A stretch of 63,874 bases of DNA, the filler included, from Craspedostauros australis (taxonomy: Eukaryota): the NCBI GenBank assembly GCA_030167865.1. It is 10 parts of 10 records of this genome, joined end to end, with 100 filler letters (N's around TTAATTAATTAA, not from the genome) between each part and the next. Parts side by side here need not be neighbours in the genome. Positions count along the whole stretch, not along the records: positions 35,842 to 40,003 come from JALAGF010006214.1; positions 40,104 to 56,696 come from JALAGF010006215.1; 8 more parts are not named here. One strand, 5' to 3'. This document shows positions 37,478-48,759 of this stretch, piece after piece. Below the pieces are notes generated by a model, which saw only the letters and a program-made list of their open reading frames with translations, did no database searches and was not told where the DNA came from. Each line of letters begins with the position of its first letter. Position 1 is the first letter of the stretch. Both the position numbers and the translations under genes were made by a program.

Positions 37478-38764
37478 AACACTACAACAACCATCAGTCC
37501 AATACAATATCTAAGCACATAGGCGGAACCACCAAGGAAAGATTGGTGGATGGATCAGAGGGGGCTGCCAGAGCGGTTGATTTGATGCCATGGCAGGCCC
37601 ATGGGCAAAGGACACGATTTGGAGGCAAATCTACTTGATGGATATGGGCTCTGTATGGAATATGCAGATCATGGCAATGATTATATGGGCAAGACGCATC
37701 CAGGAAGGTAAGGCAAAGGTGCCCACGAAGTTTGAGGCTTGGGGATGGTCTGGAAGGTGGCAACCGGAAGAAACAAGTGGAGGGCAAGAGTTTGTTGGTA
37801 GATGGCAGTGCACGCATCCTGTGACTTCGGCAGTGACGGGCACCATGCACAAATCACCCAAAATGGCCAAGCCACCCATGCAAGATGTGTTCAGTATGAA
37901 CTCAGGGGTTGGTGGATGAAGCAGCAGAATGCTCTATTTTCTGGAAGAGGCTGCATCCAGGAATGCACACCAAAGGGTCGTTTTTGGTGGTCGCAACAGC
38001 AGCAGAATGGCATCATCATACAGAGGTGTACCCTTGGAGGCATGAATGTCCAGCTCATTCTGCATGCATCAGTATGTCACCAGAGACTGTGTAATAACAC
38101 ACGAGGGGCACGTGGAGGGGCTGCAATGATTGTAGGTATGGACAAGATATGGATCCAAGTATGAATTGTGCACAGATCGGAAACAGTTTTCAAAATTGTT
38201 GGGTTTCAGTGTGGAGAGGCTTTAGGGTATGCAAGGTGGAAATAGCATTCTGTCCTTCATGGAGTGGATGTGGTGCACAGATTGTGGAAATGGCAGGACT
38301 ATGATGATCATGGATGCTGAAGGGAGGGCAGCATGCTGGCATCCAGATTGTTGTTGAATCCATGACACAACAGACAGCAAGACAAAATGATGTACAAAAA
38401 GGTTCACATACATTTAACTTCGATATTCAGAATCGCTGGTGGTCAGGTGTCTGAATGCATTACTTATTTCTAATCGTAAACAATGTGATGTTGAGATATG
38501 GCATCAAGATCAGTCATTTGGATGGTTTTTGTTGTGTTCCAGAATAGTCTACTTTAACACCACTCACCACCCACAAAACTCTACAACTGTTATTATCGTT
38601 AGCTTTTTTGCGATCTGCAGGTTCTATGTGTGTTGTGCTCTCCATCTACTCGTCTACGAGTGCACAACATGCCACACCATGCTGATACAACACACCAATT
38701 GACCCACCCCTCATTGGCGTCGTGCGTTTGGCATCCAACTGCGAGTACGAATATCGATCCACGA

Positions 38765-40003
38765 TCAAGCGGGCAGCAAATGGACGACCTCTCCCATGGG
38801 GTTGATGGTGGATGCATGGCCGGCTGGTGAATCAATTGGTGACCCTGGTACTTGTCCGTTGATTCCGCCATATTCCGGCGCAGCAGGCAGCTCCATTTTG
38901 TCTGTCACGGCTATTTCGGGCGCAGTGACGATGGCCTTGTCATCGTCACCCATTGCGGAGTTGGTGAGACTGGTGCCTGAATTGACGCTGGTCCGGGTGC
39001 CGGCGGAATGCCGCGCAGGTAGCGACGAGTTGTTGGACGACGTGGGTTGGTACTTGTTCGAGTCCGCTGCTACCCTCGACAGTAACGACGACGAGTGCGC
39101 GCCGCAGCTGCCGGTTGGGCCAGATGATGGATTCAGCCCCGTGATGTGAACCTGCCCTCCGCCTAGGTTGGAACGCGCATTCGAAGGTCTCTTGTCATCC
39201 CAATACATCGCGATGAGCTTGGGTAGCATCACCAAAAAGATGCTAGCATCCGCAGTCAGAGTCAGCATGCTTGACAATCCGACGTACGTGCCATCTGTGG
39301 ACACGTCCTCCAAGATGACAAAGACGGGGATGGAGACAAGGATGATCTCCATGTGGGCGAAGATGAGGACGAAGATCCAGTAAGCCTCGGAGTACGCGTT
39401 GTCGACGTCCTTGGTCTTCCAGGCCATGACGCCCGTGAGACCAACAGGCACAAGGATGACGGCCACCAACGCGGAGGCATAGTCGACAGGATGATCGCAA
39501 GTGCAGTCGCCATGCGATTCGCCGGTGGATTGATTGACAATGTCTCTCTCCCACGTCAACGGGTCCGCGATTGTCCACGCGGTGAGGATGGCAAATGCCG
39601 CCGTCATCAGCACAGCAATAGGCCAGGCAACGTGCCGCACATCGATCTTCCGTCTTGTGAATGACAGCACGCGGTTCACCCGCCAGAGCTTTGCGAAGAG
39701 CGCCCCGTATATGATGATGAATCCACTGGAAACGAGCCAGGGCATGGCGACGCAGAGGTTGGATAGAGTGTCCTGACCCACTCCGCGATTTTCGTCGAAG
39801 CCCATCGTGATCGCCCCCGTCGCAACCAAAGAAGCTCCGAAGAAGAGCATGTACAGGAAGAGCGGTTGCGACGCCCGGACCACCTTGTGGCTGCGATACA
39901 CAAATACCCAGATGGCTGATCCCACGGCTGTTGCATACACCATGCCAGCTAACGCGAAGCCAGCGATGCGAGGTCCTGGTGTGCCAAAAGCAAAGCATGG
40001 GAG
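38765..40003 (-). CDS. class C (GABA-B-like, 7tm_3) G-protein-coupled receptor, 5' truncated
   Basis: Seven hydrophobic segments. Motifs VVRASQPLFL, LFAKLWRVNRV, WTIADPLTWER, AWKTKDV...YSEA and MLPKL, followed by an S/G-rich cytoplasmic tail. Confidence 0.9.
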   Translation of the reverse strand, partial: LPCFAFGTPGPRIAGFALAGMVYATAVGSAIWVFVYRSHKVVRASQPLFLYMLFFGASLVATGAITMGFDENRGVGQDTLSNLCVAMPWLVSSGFIIIYGALFAKLWRVNRVLSFTRRKIDVRHVAWPIAVLMTAAFAILTAWTIADPLTWERDIVNQSTGESHGDCTCDHPVDYASALVAVILVPVGLTGVMAWKTKDVDNAYSEAYWIFVLIFAHMEIILVSIPVFVILEDVSTDGTYVGLSSMLTLTADASIFLVMLPKLIAMYWDDKRPSNARSNLGGGQVHITGLNPSSGPTGSCGAHSSSLLSRVAADSNKYQPTSSNNSSLPARHSAGTRTSVNSGTSLTNSAMGDDDKAIVTAPEIAVTDKMELPAAPEYGGINGQVPGSPIDSPAGHASTINPMGEVVHLLPA

Positions 40004-40103
40004 NNNNNNNNNNNNNNNNNNNNNNNNNNNNNNNNNNNNNNNNNNNNTTAATTAATTAANNNNNNNNNNNNNNNNNNNNNNNNNNNNNNNNNNNNNNNNN
40101 NNN
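40004..40103. other. artificial scaffold linker
   Basis: 44 N + TTAATTAATTAA + 44 N. Confidence 0.97.
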
Positions 40104-41735
40104 CAACAGGGCACACTGTGAACGCCTAAGTGCAGCGCAACGCAGTACACCGCATCAGCCTGGATGCGTCAACAACAACAACAACAACACCGCATCAGCG
40201 TGAATGCGTCAACAACAGGAACATCACACGAGAACCAGCAAAGCAGGCAGACATCACAGACAGAGAGCGCTACTCCCCAGAGTAGATCACACAGAATAAC
40301 GACAACAGNACGAACAAAACCAAAACAAACACCAAAAAACAACGAAAACAACAGAAACAGAAACACAAAGGAGAGNACTAACTAAGTACTCNATAGTAGT
40401 AGGAACAAACAAAGTACCATGATGGGTGCACATCACATATTTATGTCTAATCAAGTACCTAGTCTTGCCAATTCCGACATAAAAAGTAAGCTTTTCTCCT
40501 TTTCCGACAACTCCGTGGATTGCCGCTTGTCGTTGTTGTTGTTTTGTGGTGGGTGGTGCGCTTCTGCTTCCTTTCTCTCCATTCGCCCGTGTTTGCGCGA
40601 GGAGGAACGAGAGAAATTCGTTGTTCTGTTTCTGCGCGTGTGTGCGCGTCTCCAACCGCGGTTCTTCACGTGTTGTCACGTTGTCGCGTTGCTGTTTTTT
40701 TTTCAGGTGTTGGATCGTGTTTGACTCAGATCAGAATCTAGTCGTGAACCAATTTGCACATGTTTGAGTCATGGAACTGTTTCTGCGCCTCGATTTCGCT
40801 TCAAGTTGTTGTTTTGGTACGAGGACTGGGTTCCATCTTTCAGGGGTGGTGATGGAGATGGAGATGGAGATGAAGATGGAGACGAAGACCATGCTGGCGG
40901 ATGCATTGCGTCAAACATTGACATGATCCATGAAGGTGACCATGTTCGGCTGTGGATACGACTATGATTCCCCTCCAACTACTGTGTGGCAACATGGAGT
41001 ATCGCGAAATTGCTGAGGACTTCTGAGCCACTCGCGGGCTGGCAGGAGGGTCGAGAGATGGACACGGTCATTGAGGATGCGATTATCATCGCATCGCCGC
41101 ATGGGGCAGTGCGCGTGCCGCTACCTTCGATGCAGACTCCTCTTGGGTATATGCGCAATCAAAGATATTCTTGCGTATTCCTGCACGGCTGATGAAGAAG
41201 GAGACTGCTCAAACACACGCATCCAAACCCGAAGAGTTGACGGTAGCACGGAGCTATTCTGCTGTTGCATTCGAGTACGTTTACTCTGTGACTATTCATC
41301 TGCTCCCCGTGCATGCATTGCTCCTCCATCTCATTCGTATCGGGATGAAGTGTGCTGCCGATGAACATGTTCGATCAAGAGAACGCCGTCATGCTCCATC
41401 AAGTCGTGACTTGGCAAAGTTGTGATGGAATGGCAATGAACGAAGACAGGACCTACAGCTAATACGAGTGCATGCGGTACGAGCATATGCCGAATCTAGA
41501 GAGAGAGAGAGAGTCGATGTGATTGAAGCCACCTTTTCGCGCTGTTCGTGGCAGCAAACTTGCTCGTGTTGCATTGGTGCTGCTCCATCCATCAGTCTAT
41601 CTATACATTTGCCTGTTCCTGAATCTCACCGACGCACTCGTCGCCGAACAAGCTGTCTTCATGATCCAATGCTTGCTGCCTCCATGTACCATACTCGTTT
41701 GCATCATATGAGTACGAGTACGGGTACATGTCTCT

Positions 41736-42665
41736 CTACGGGCTCGCATCGTCCACACGTGACAGGACGAACAGGCCACCTGGAGCATTCTGGCGAATAA
41801 TAAGCATGTCATCATCCAGGAACGTGACATCAAAGTATCCCACGTCATCGGGTAATTCAAATAGCTTGGGCAGGTCAAAGCCCAGCGGTGGCAAGACTCC
41901 AGAAGTGTCTTGACCCAGCAGCTCAACCGGCTCCAGCTTGACCGATTCAAAGTCCAAGCCGACTCGCATGGGCTTGCCCAGACGTGACGATCCCCGTGTT
42001 TGGACCTTGGCCCGCAGCAAGGACGACGGAACCATGGCGGGCGGGAGGAGATTTTGGATTCTTGGGATGGCGTCGATGATGTTGGTGACGATGGGCGGTT
42101 CGAATATTTGATAGATGGCACCCACCGAAATCAAGGGATTGGCACCCAGCACCAGCACATCGCTCGCCGTCGTCCATACCATGCGCCAATTGCCAGCCAA
42201 TGGCGATGGCGTGGCGGAATCCCCGTCAATACCTTGCGCGGCGTTGGTTTCCAAGTTGCGATCCTCCAAATCACCGATCAATGTATCCATCAGCGAACGT
42301 GCCCGGGGGCTTGCGCCGAATCCGCGATCGTACGATGCGCCCATCTGCAAGAGCTTGGTCTTCAGCAGCGCAGTTTCTGCCTTGGTGGCATCATCGGCTT
42401 GGGCTGGTGCGAACGAGTCGCTAACCACGTCCTCGTCCATGGAGGAGCGCAGTTGGCTGGCGGAGGCACCAGGTTTTGATCTTGATGCTGCCATTCCTGT
42501 TGCTGCACCAGCGGTGCCTGCGATGGAGGCGGAACCAACGAAAGCAAGAGAAGGGACGTTGCTTGATCTCGTCCGCGAGAAAGAAGCTGGCACCAAACAG
42601 TCGCAGAAGCCGCGGATCGAGCCGACCACTGCCAAAAGCAGAGCTGTTCTTCGTACGTTCATCAT
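41736..42665 (-). CDS. plastid lipid-associated protein / fibrillin (PAP_fibrillin), plastid-targeted
   Basis: Signal peptide MMNVRRTALLLAVVG. Motifs ASYDRGFGA, LAGNWRMVWTTASDVL, GAIYQ and GYFDVTFLDDDMLIIRQNAPGGLFVL. Confidence 0.9.
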   Translation of the reverse strand: MMNVRRTALLLAVVGSIRGFCDCLVPASFSRTRSSNVPSLAFVGSASIAGTAGAATGMAASRSKPGASASQLRSSMDEDVVSDSFAPAQADDATKAETALLKTKLLQMGASYDRGFGASPRARSLMDTLIGDLEDRNLETNAAQGIDGDSATPSPLAGNWRMVWTTASDVLVLGANPLISVGAIYQIFEPPIVTNIIDAIPRIQNLLPPAMVPSSLLRAKVQTRGSSRLGKPMRVGLDFESVKLEPVELLGQDTSGVLPPLGFDLPKLFELPDDVGYFDVTFLDDDMLIIRQNAPGGLFVLSRVDDASP

Positions 42666-43576
42666 TGCTGCCGTCGGTGTCGGTGTCGTCGTCGTCGTCG
42701 TTGGGGTCTGCTTGAGCAAAATGATGACTGTATCTTTTTGTGGATGCGATTTCTTTGTTGATGGGATGTTGGTGATGTGTCGATCACGTTGGGGTTGGAA
42801 CAATCAGAAAGCGTGGGACAAAAGGGCTTCGCGAAGTCTTCTGGTTGAACTGCGTGCCACAAGATACCAATTTGGATACATGCACCCGACGACGGTCAGA
42901 TAGAATGATTTCGACAAGACAGCCACACGGGGCCGACTTTAGCCCAGCCGTCCGTATTGTATGGAGTAGTCGTACCATATTCGAACATAAGACATAGCAG
43001 AAGATGATAGAGAAGGGGATGGATTCGACTAGAGGAGATGAAGACATGGTTATTCGTAGAGCATTGAATATTCTTGGATCCTTGTATGCACGCTAGTACT
43101 GATGCATCTCTTGAAGCGATGGGGCGCGGGACATCGCGGTGCTTCTTGAATAGAAGACGGCAAAGATCCAACAGCCTTTAGAGCTCATCTACCATACGAC
43201 CAAGCACTTCGTCCCATAACAACTGCAGGCCATTTGGCTAATGTGATGCTCCATGAATGAACGACAATGGTAGGTATGTTTGATCACGCCGCGTCACTAC
43301 TCGTTCGTCGCGCAGACAAGGTACCTACACCCACAGGATCTGCTCCTTGCGACGACCAACTCGAACGGTGTCACATTTTGAAATTCGAAATGCAGGAAAG
43401 CGACCCACACCACTTGAAAAGACCGACACCATCATCACAACCGCTTCTGCCATCACCAGTGTGAACTTCTGCAGAAGACATCATGGCTCATACCACAGTC
43501 GTATCAACCCAGAATAAACCTTGGAATACGCGCTCTCTACGCGTACATTCCTGCGAGTATTATTGCCAAATACTGC

Positions 43577-45034
43577 ATGAGGCATGAGATGACGCGAAGG
43601 AATGCAACCGCCAGAGAGGTAGCGGCGGCATCCAACAACACTACCAGCAGGAGCAACAACAACAATGGCAGAAGATCTCGCAATGCCGGAACTATCATCC
43701 TCTGTGTGATCGTCATTTGCGCATTCTGCGTCATCCTGAATGCGTCATTCACATCGCATCTGCTTCAAGCATCAATCTCAACCTCAACATCCGCGTCGAT
43801 GGTGTCGATGGCTTCATTTGGATCCGCGGATCCTTGCGCAACAGCAGCAGCCAATGATGGCCATTCGGCACAAGTGCATCAAGAACAATTGCAACGCAAA
43901 CCACGTCTCCTCTACTGCGGTGGTGGTTACGCCTTGAATCGCAACTTCCGGCCCGTCCTGCGCTCCGTATTTGCCGACTATGAATGGATCGACCTGACGG
44001 CATCCGTGTCGTCCGCAGCGCAGGGAAACAAGCGCAAGCAAAACCAGCCGACAGTCCATGATCAAGCACTGGTGGGATGGAATCAAACCAAGTACTACGA
44101 CCACGTCGAGTCTCATCCGTTCGACATCTTCATCACGAACTGGAAGATGGATGAATGTCAGCAGAAGGGCGGTGGCATGGTGGCGACGAAGATCATGCAG
44201 TGGCTGCATCTGTACTTTCGTGGCAAAATCGTCTTTCTCAATCCAGAGGATGGCCTCAATATGGACGTGCCATTGGAACGACCTCACTTCTACGAGCTGG
44301 GTCCGCAATCCACCGCCACGGGGCGAAGGAATCACATGACGATGACCTTTCTGCAGGCGGCCTTTTGGGCGCAGGTGCCAATGCCGGACAAGCAATCCAT
44401 TTTCTTGACGAGCGGTCTGCCACCGCAGCGAGAAGAGCATGGTGATGAAAGAGCGAGGAAGCTCCTCATTTACGCTCATTCCAACTGCGTCGAAGTGCGC
44501 GAAACGGCCTTTCATCGTATTGCGCAGTTAAATCTCGGAACGGCATACTACGGCGGACGCTGCCAAGGCAATCGCAGAAGTACTTCTGCCACCGACGCAT
44601 CCCCACTTTCTGCAACGGTGGCTATCGAACGATACGACAACACCGTCAAGTTGAAGAACTGGGAGGACAATCGTCACATCTTCCGAGAATTCAAGTTCTG
44701 CTTGACGATGGAGCATGCGTCGGCACCTGGATACATCACCGAAAAGATATTGGTGGCATTCTGGGCGGGATGCATCCCCATCTATTTCGGCCCGAAGGAT
44801 CAAATTATTGAGATCTTCAATGAGAATGCATTCGTGTACTACGATCCCAAGCATCCAGAGGTCGCACTGCAACGCATTAGGAACATAGCGATGGATCCAG
44901 CTGAGTATGATAAGGTGAGCAGGGCATCGATCCTTGCAGACGGAGCAGCAGAAAAGTTCTTTTCCTTTGACGAAACGGTTGCCAACGGGAAGCTGCGGGA
45001 AAAGATTCGACAATTTTTGGAACTGCCACCATGA
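43577..45034 (+). CDS. alpha-1,3/4-fucosyltransferase, glycosyltransferase family 10, type II membrane protein
   Basis: N-terminal TM segment IILCVIVICAFCVIL and GT10 motif FKFCLTMEH...GYITEKI...AFWAGCIPIYFG. Confidence 0.9.
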   Translation: MRHEMTRRNATAREVAAASNNTTSRSNNNNGRRSRNAGTIILCVIVICAFCVILNASFTSHLLQASISTSTSASMVSMASFGSADPCATAAANDGHSAQVHQEQLQRKPRLLYCGGGYALNRNFRPVLRSVFADYEWIDLTASVSSAAQGNKRKQNQPTVHDQALVGWNQTKYYDHVESHPFDIFITNWKMDECQQKGGGMVATKIMQWLHLYFRGKIVFLNPEDGLNMDVPLERPHFYELGPQSTATGRRNHMTMTFLQAAFWAQVPMPDKQSIFLTSGLPPQREEHGDERARKLLIYAHSNCVEVRETAFHRIAQLNLGTAYYGGRCQGNRRSTSATDASPLSATVAIERYDNTVKLKNWEDNRHIFREFKFCLTMEHASAPGYITEKILVAFWAGCIPIYFGPKDQIIEIFNENAFVYYDPKHPEVALQRIRNIAMDPAEYDKVSRASILADGAAEKFFSFDETVANGKLREKIRQFLELPP

Positions 45035-45261
45035 CCACATCGACTCGATCAACGCGATGCGTGACGCAAAAGATCCGAAAACACAAGAGGCGCAAGAAGC
45101 ACAAGAGGCACAACACAAGATGGATCGTACGCACGGGTGCGCGTCGTGACCAGAGAAACGTTCTCTCGTTATCGCGACCCTGTTCATTCAGCAGATGCTT
45201 CATAGAGAGCGCGAGTATGGTGCATACGAAGGCGAACGCAACGACAAGACAAGACGACAAG

Positions 45262-45927
45262 ATGCAAACGCAGTCGATTTTTGCAATCTTCGGACTGCTC
45301 CTGTTCTGCCTCCATGGATGCGCTGCATTCACGTTGGATGGAGATCGTGTCAGACATTGTGCTGGTGCAGGGTGCGTTCGGATCTCCAATCATAGATGGC
45401 ACAAACATCATCGACGAGTTTCTTCGGCCAGCATCGTGTCGTCAGTTTCAGAACAATCAGACGATGGCGGGATCGCAGGTGAAGACACGATGAGCAAGGA
45501 TATCTTGATGCAAATTCAGATGACTTTGGACAATGCCAGTGATGACGGCGACAACGACAACGACAATACTGTATCGATCGACGACGTCTACAAGTCACTG
45601 TCGAAGTTCATGCAGAAGTTCCCGTTCGCCGCAGTGCTTCCCGTCCAGCCACTCCAGTACTTGCCCACTGATGATGACGGAGTTGATGTGCGGTTCCTGC
45701 GAAAGAAGACCGAAGAAAAGGGTTCTATCGACGGTGGGATACGATTCAGCATCGAACAGCAAGAGGATGGCAACAGCATCCAGATTACCGCGCGGCGCAA
45801 TTCGGAAGGACAGAGTGTGCCCAAGATCTTCTCAGAAAAGCTGGTCATCACAGCCTTCGTGTCCAAGATCGGCGCTGGTCCCATCGCAGGCGCAAGCATG
45901 TCCAGCGTGTTCCATCGATGGATGTAA
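45262..45927 (+). CDS. uncharacterised, probably plastid-targeted protein
   Basis: ACAAGATG start. Signal peptide ends CAA-F (ASAFAP-like), followed by an R/S-rich transit-like segment and a globular domain FPFAAVLPVQPL...DGGIRF...KIFSEK. Confidence 0.75.
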   Translation: MQTQSIFAIFGLLLFCLHGCAAFTLDGDRVRHCAGAGCVRISNHRWHKHHRRVSSASIVSSVSEQSDDGGIAGEDTMSKDILMQIQMTLDNASDDGDNDNDNTVSIDDVYKSLSKFMQKFPFAAVLPVQPLQYLPTDDDGVDVRFLRKKTEEKGSIDGGIRFSIEQQEDGNSIQITARRNSEGQSVPKIFSEKLVITAFVSKIGAGPIAGASMSSVFHRWM

Positions 45928-46056
45928 GAGCAAAGAGATGCATGGTCATGCATGGTAGTAGCAATTGGTGGAACGCAGCATGAGATACAAATTGGATATA
46001 GAATTGTGACTCGTTGTACTATTATGGAATTCGAAGTTTGAATGCAATCAGCATTA

Positions 46057-46701
46057 CTACTCCGGTTGCGGTTCCACGAGCACGATCTTCTCCTCCAAAC
46101 TCAGGAACTTGGCAACGTCCTCTCGCAGCTCCTGGAGGTACTTGTTGGCCGACGCCACGTTCTCCTGCCCCACCCGACTGGAGCGATTGATGCCGATCAG
46201 ATCGAAGGTAACGCCGTTGGCGTATTCCGTCGCCTTGGTCTTGACCTCCTTATCGGCAAAGAACTGCTTGGCAATTCCCATTCGTATCTTTCGCATTTCG
46301 AGATCGTACGTCCTTGTGAATTCCAGCAATCCGACGAAATCCTCCGCATCGATGCGTTGCTGCATGTAGGCGACGCCGCCTTCGGGATCCGACAACTCGA
46401 AACGCACGGCACCAAAGGCCTTCGCGACGGCCTCCGGAGTTGGCACGGGCGGTTCTTTCTTGGCCTCCGCAGGCGATGGCGCCACGAATGCGGCGCCTGC
46501 CGCTGCCACAATTTGTCGCAGCACGTCGCGTCGTCGTTGCGTGGGCGCGTCTGCCTCGTTGTGGGCCTGCAAGGCTGTGCTGTGTGCCGTGGTGGACACG
46601 GGCACGGTGAAGGCGCCACAGCCGCAGCCCGATCTGCCTGTCAAAGCACTCAGCAGGAAAGTGCCGATCAGCAGCATCAACGTGGACCTCATTGCTGTCA
46701 T
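46057..46701 (-). CDS. thylakoid-lumen protein, possibly PsbQ-like
   Basis: Signal peptide + CGA-F, transit segment, then twin-arginine RRDVL, a hydrophobic stretch and an AEA cleavage site. The mature part is ~130 aa and looks helical. Confidence 0.7.
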   Translation of the reverse strand: MTAMRSTLMLLIGTFLLSALTGRSGCGCGAFTVPVSTTAHSTALQAHNEADAPTQRRRDVLRQIVAAAGAAFVAPSPAEAKKEPPVPTPEAVAKAFGAVRFELSDPEGGVAYMQQRIDAEDFVGLLEFTRTYDLEMRKIRMGIAKQFFADKEVKTKATEYANGVTFDLIGINRSSRVGQENVASANKYLQELREDVAKFLSLEEKIVLVEPQPE

Positions 46702-47450
46702 CGTTCGTTGTAGATTCGTCCACCAACGGGTCAGTGAGAATGGATGAAAAGATGAGTTTCTGAATAGATGGATGAGTGAGTGATTGGGTGATCATACTCC
46801 TCCGACCGTGACATGTTCATCGCCCATCGATCCAACAGTATCATCAGTGCATTCTTGGTGTCAACACACGGAGATTGGTTGCCGAAGATCTTTTTTGAGG
46901 GAAATGCGTCTGATGTGCTTCAACAATGTGTTTGTTTTGGTATGTACGACTACTCCGACTGGATTCAATCCACTTAAACTATTTCACCGTATCTCCCGCC
47001 ATCACCACAACCACCAAACCAAACCCAAAACAAACCAACCAGGACGCCGCCAACAGGATCGAAGAGGCAGCCGCTCCGGTCTCAGGAGTACAATTTGTAC
47101 CCGGACCCAGCCATCAACCTCTTGGCATCATCATCGACAGACTCATCACCGTTGGTATCATCCTTCCTTGGTGAGATCCTATCATACTTACACTACTCTA
47201 TTGATTTCTTTTGGAAGATATCATTCCAATACTGCGAGGAAGAATCCGATCCACCTTCTGATAGACAGCGGAAACGATAGCAACGACGAAGCCAGCGACA
47301 AACACAATCTCACCGTGACTACAGCTGTAACTGTAACTGAAACTGCAACAGCAACAGCAACGAGTGACATCCATCCCTCCATCGACCGACCGAGCGAGCG
47401 AGCGAAGATCTGATCAATTCAAGACATAGCTCTGTTGCAAGCACAACAAG

Positions 47451-48353
47451 ATGGTACGGAATTATCAAAGTTCAACGATGTGGATTCAGAATCAGGCGGG
47501 TGGCTTGGCTTGGATTGGATTGCGCCGGCGGAGACCAAAGTCATCGTCGCCAATGCCATTGCCATGATCACGCGTTGATGGATATCCATAACGATGGGTG
47601 TCATCCATGTTATGGTTTGATCTCCTTCGACGGAGCAACCCGTGCAAAGGAAAGCAAAGTGATTGCATCTGTCATTCTAGTTGCAATCTCCAACAGCAGT
47701 ATTATTGCATGTTGTCCACAGCAGAATGTTCTTGCATCGTGGCGCACCGCAGTCTCATCACATTTTCTGCTGCTATATTCGTACTATGAACCATTGTTCA
47801 TCTCACATATCCTCGACGCAACACCTTTTGTTTCATAATGCGCTCCCACGACGCACTTTGCTTCGATATCCGTCAATCTGACGACACCAAACAACAGCTC
47901 CCGCTTTCGCTGATGCGCGCCGCGACGGGCTCCCCGCTGCTGGTGGAACTGAAGGGCGGCGATACCTACAACGGACGGCTGGTGTCTTGTGATGTCTGGA
48001 TGAACATGAACCTCAGCGAAGTCATCTGCACGTCGAAGGACGGCGAGAAGTTCTGGAAGCTTCCCTCGTGCTACATCCGCGGTTCGGCCATCAAGTACCT
48101 GCGATTACCGCCGGATCTGCTGGAGAAGGCGAAGGACCGGGAAGACGAATTCGCCAGCCATGGTGGCGGGCGTGGTCGAGGAGGTGGTCGCGGTCGTGGG
48201 CGTGGCCGCGGTGGTAGAGGCGGACGGTTCGGTGGCGGACGTGGTGGTGGACGAGGCGGCGGTAGAGGCGGTGGCAGAGGCAGAGGTAGAGGCCGCGGTG
48301 GTGGAAGAGGCAGAGGCGGCCGGGGAGGTGGCCGAGGCAGAGAGTCATCGTAG
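47451..48353 (+). CDS. LSM4: U6 snRNA-associated Sm-like protein Lsm4; predicted join(47451..47453,47898..48353)
   Basis: LPLSLMRAA...[22 protein letters not shown]...[12 protein letters not shown] plus a long RGG tail. ACAAGATG|GTACGG donor, CTGAC branch point (47878) and AACAG acceptor give the canonical MLPLSL start. The exon 1 position is inferred. Confidence 0.9.
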
Positions 48354-48759
48354 TTCAGTTCCTTCCGGCCTTTTTTCTTGCGGAATGCTCGCTTCTTCTG
48401 GAGAGGTACCCCATTTCATGTTGATGTTGCATTGCTTTGCAGGCGAAGTTCACAGCTGCACCCGTTCAAGTGCGTATGCAGAGACTCTCCTCGATTCTGA
48501 TTTCCCCCCTCTTCTCTGAAACGAACACACATTGTTCCAACCAATCTTGTGAACACTCGAACCGACAAAGACAACAAGATCATGTCATGCTTGTGGGAGG
48601 TTACCATAGTTTATCTACTTGTTACAGAAAAGGAATAGGTGGGTGAGGGATGCGACGCTGGAGTGCTAGTCGTCACGTTTCGAGGCGGTGCCCTTTTGGT
48701 GGCACTACGCCCTGTGACGGTGACCCTACATCAACGTTGAGTATTGTCTCTTGCTCTCT

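Noticed and set aside
37494..38420. Decayed coding sequence next to the solo LTR
   Set aside because: CG-poor and broken by stops in all frames. No family could be assigned.
42000..42903. Long antisense ORFs over fibrillin (and similar ones over other GC-rich genes and TEs)
   Set aside because: These are shadow ORFs caused by codon bias of the real gene on the opposite strand.
46784..47413. Possible small spliced gene between the lumen-protein gene and Lsm4
   Set aside because: A GTATGT...CCAG pair exists (~46940-47042) but no convincing ATG-initiated product. The region is probably a divergent promoter or UTR.
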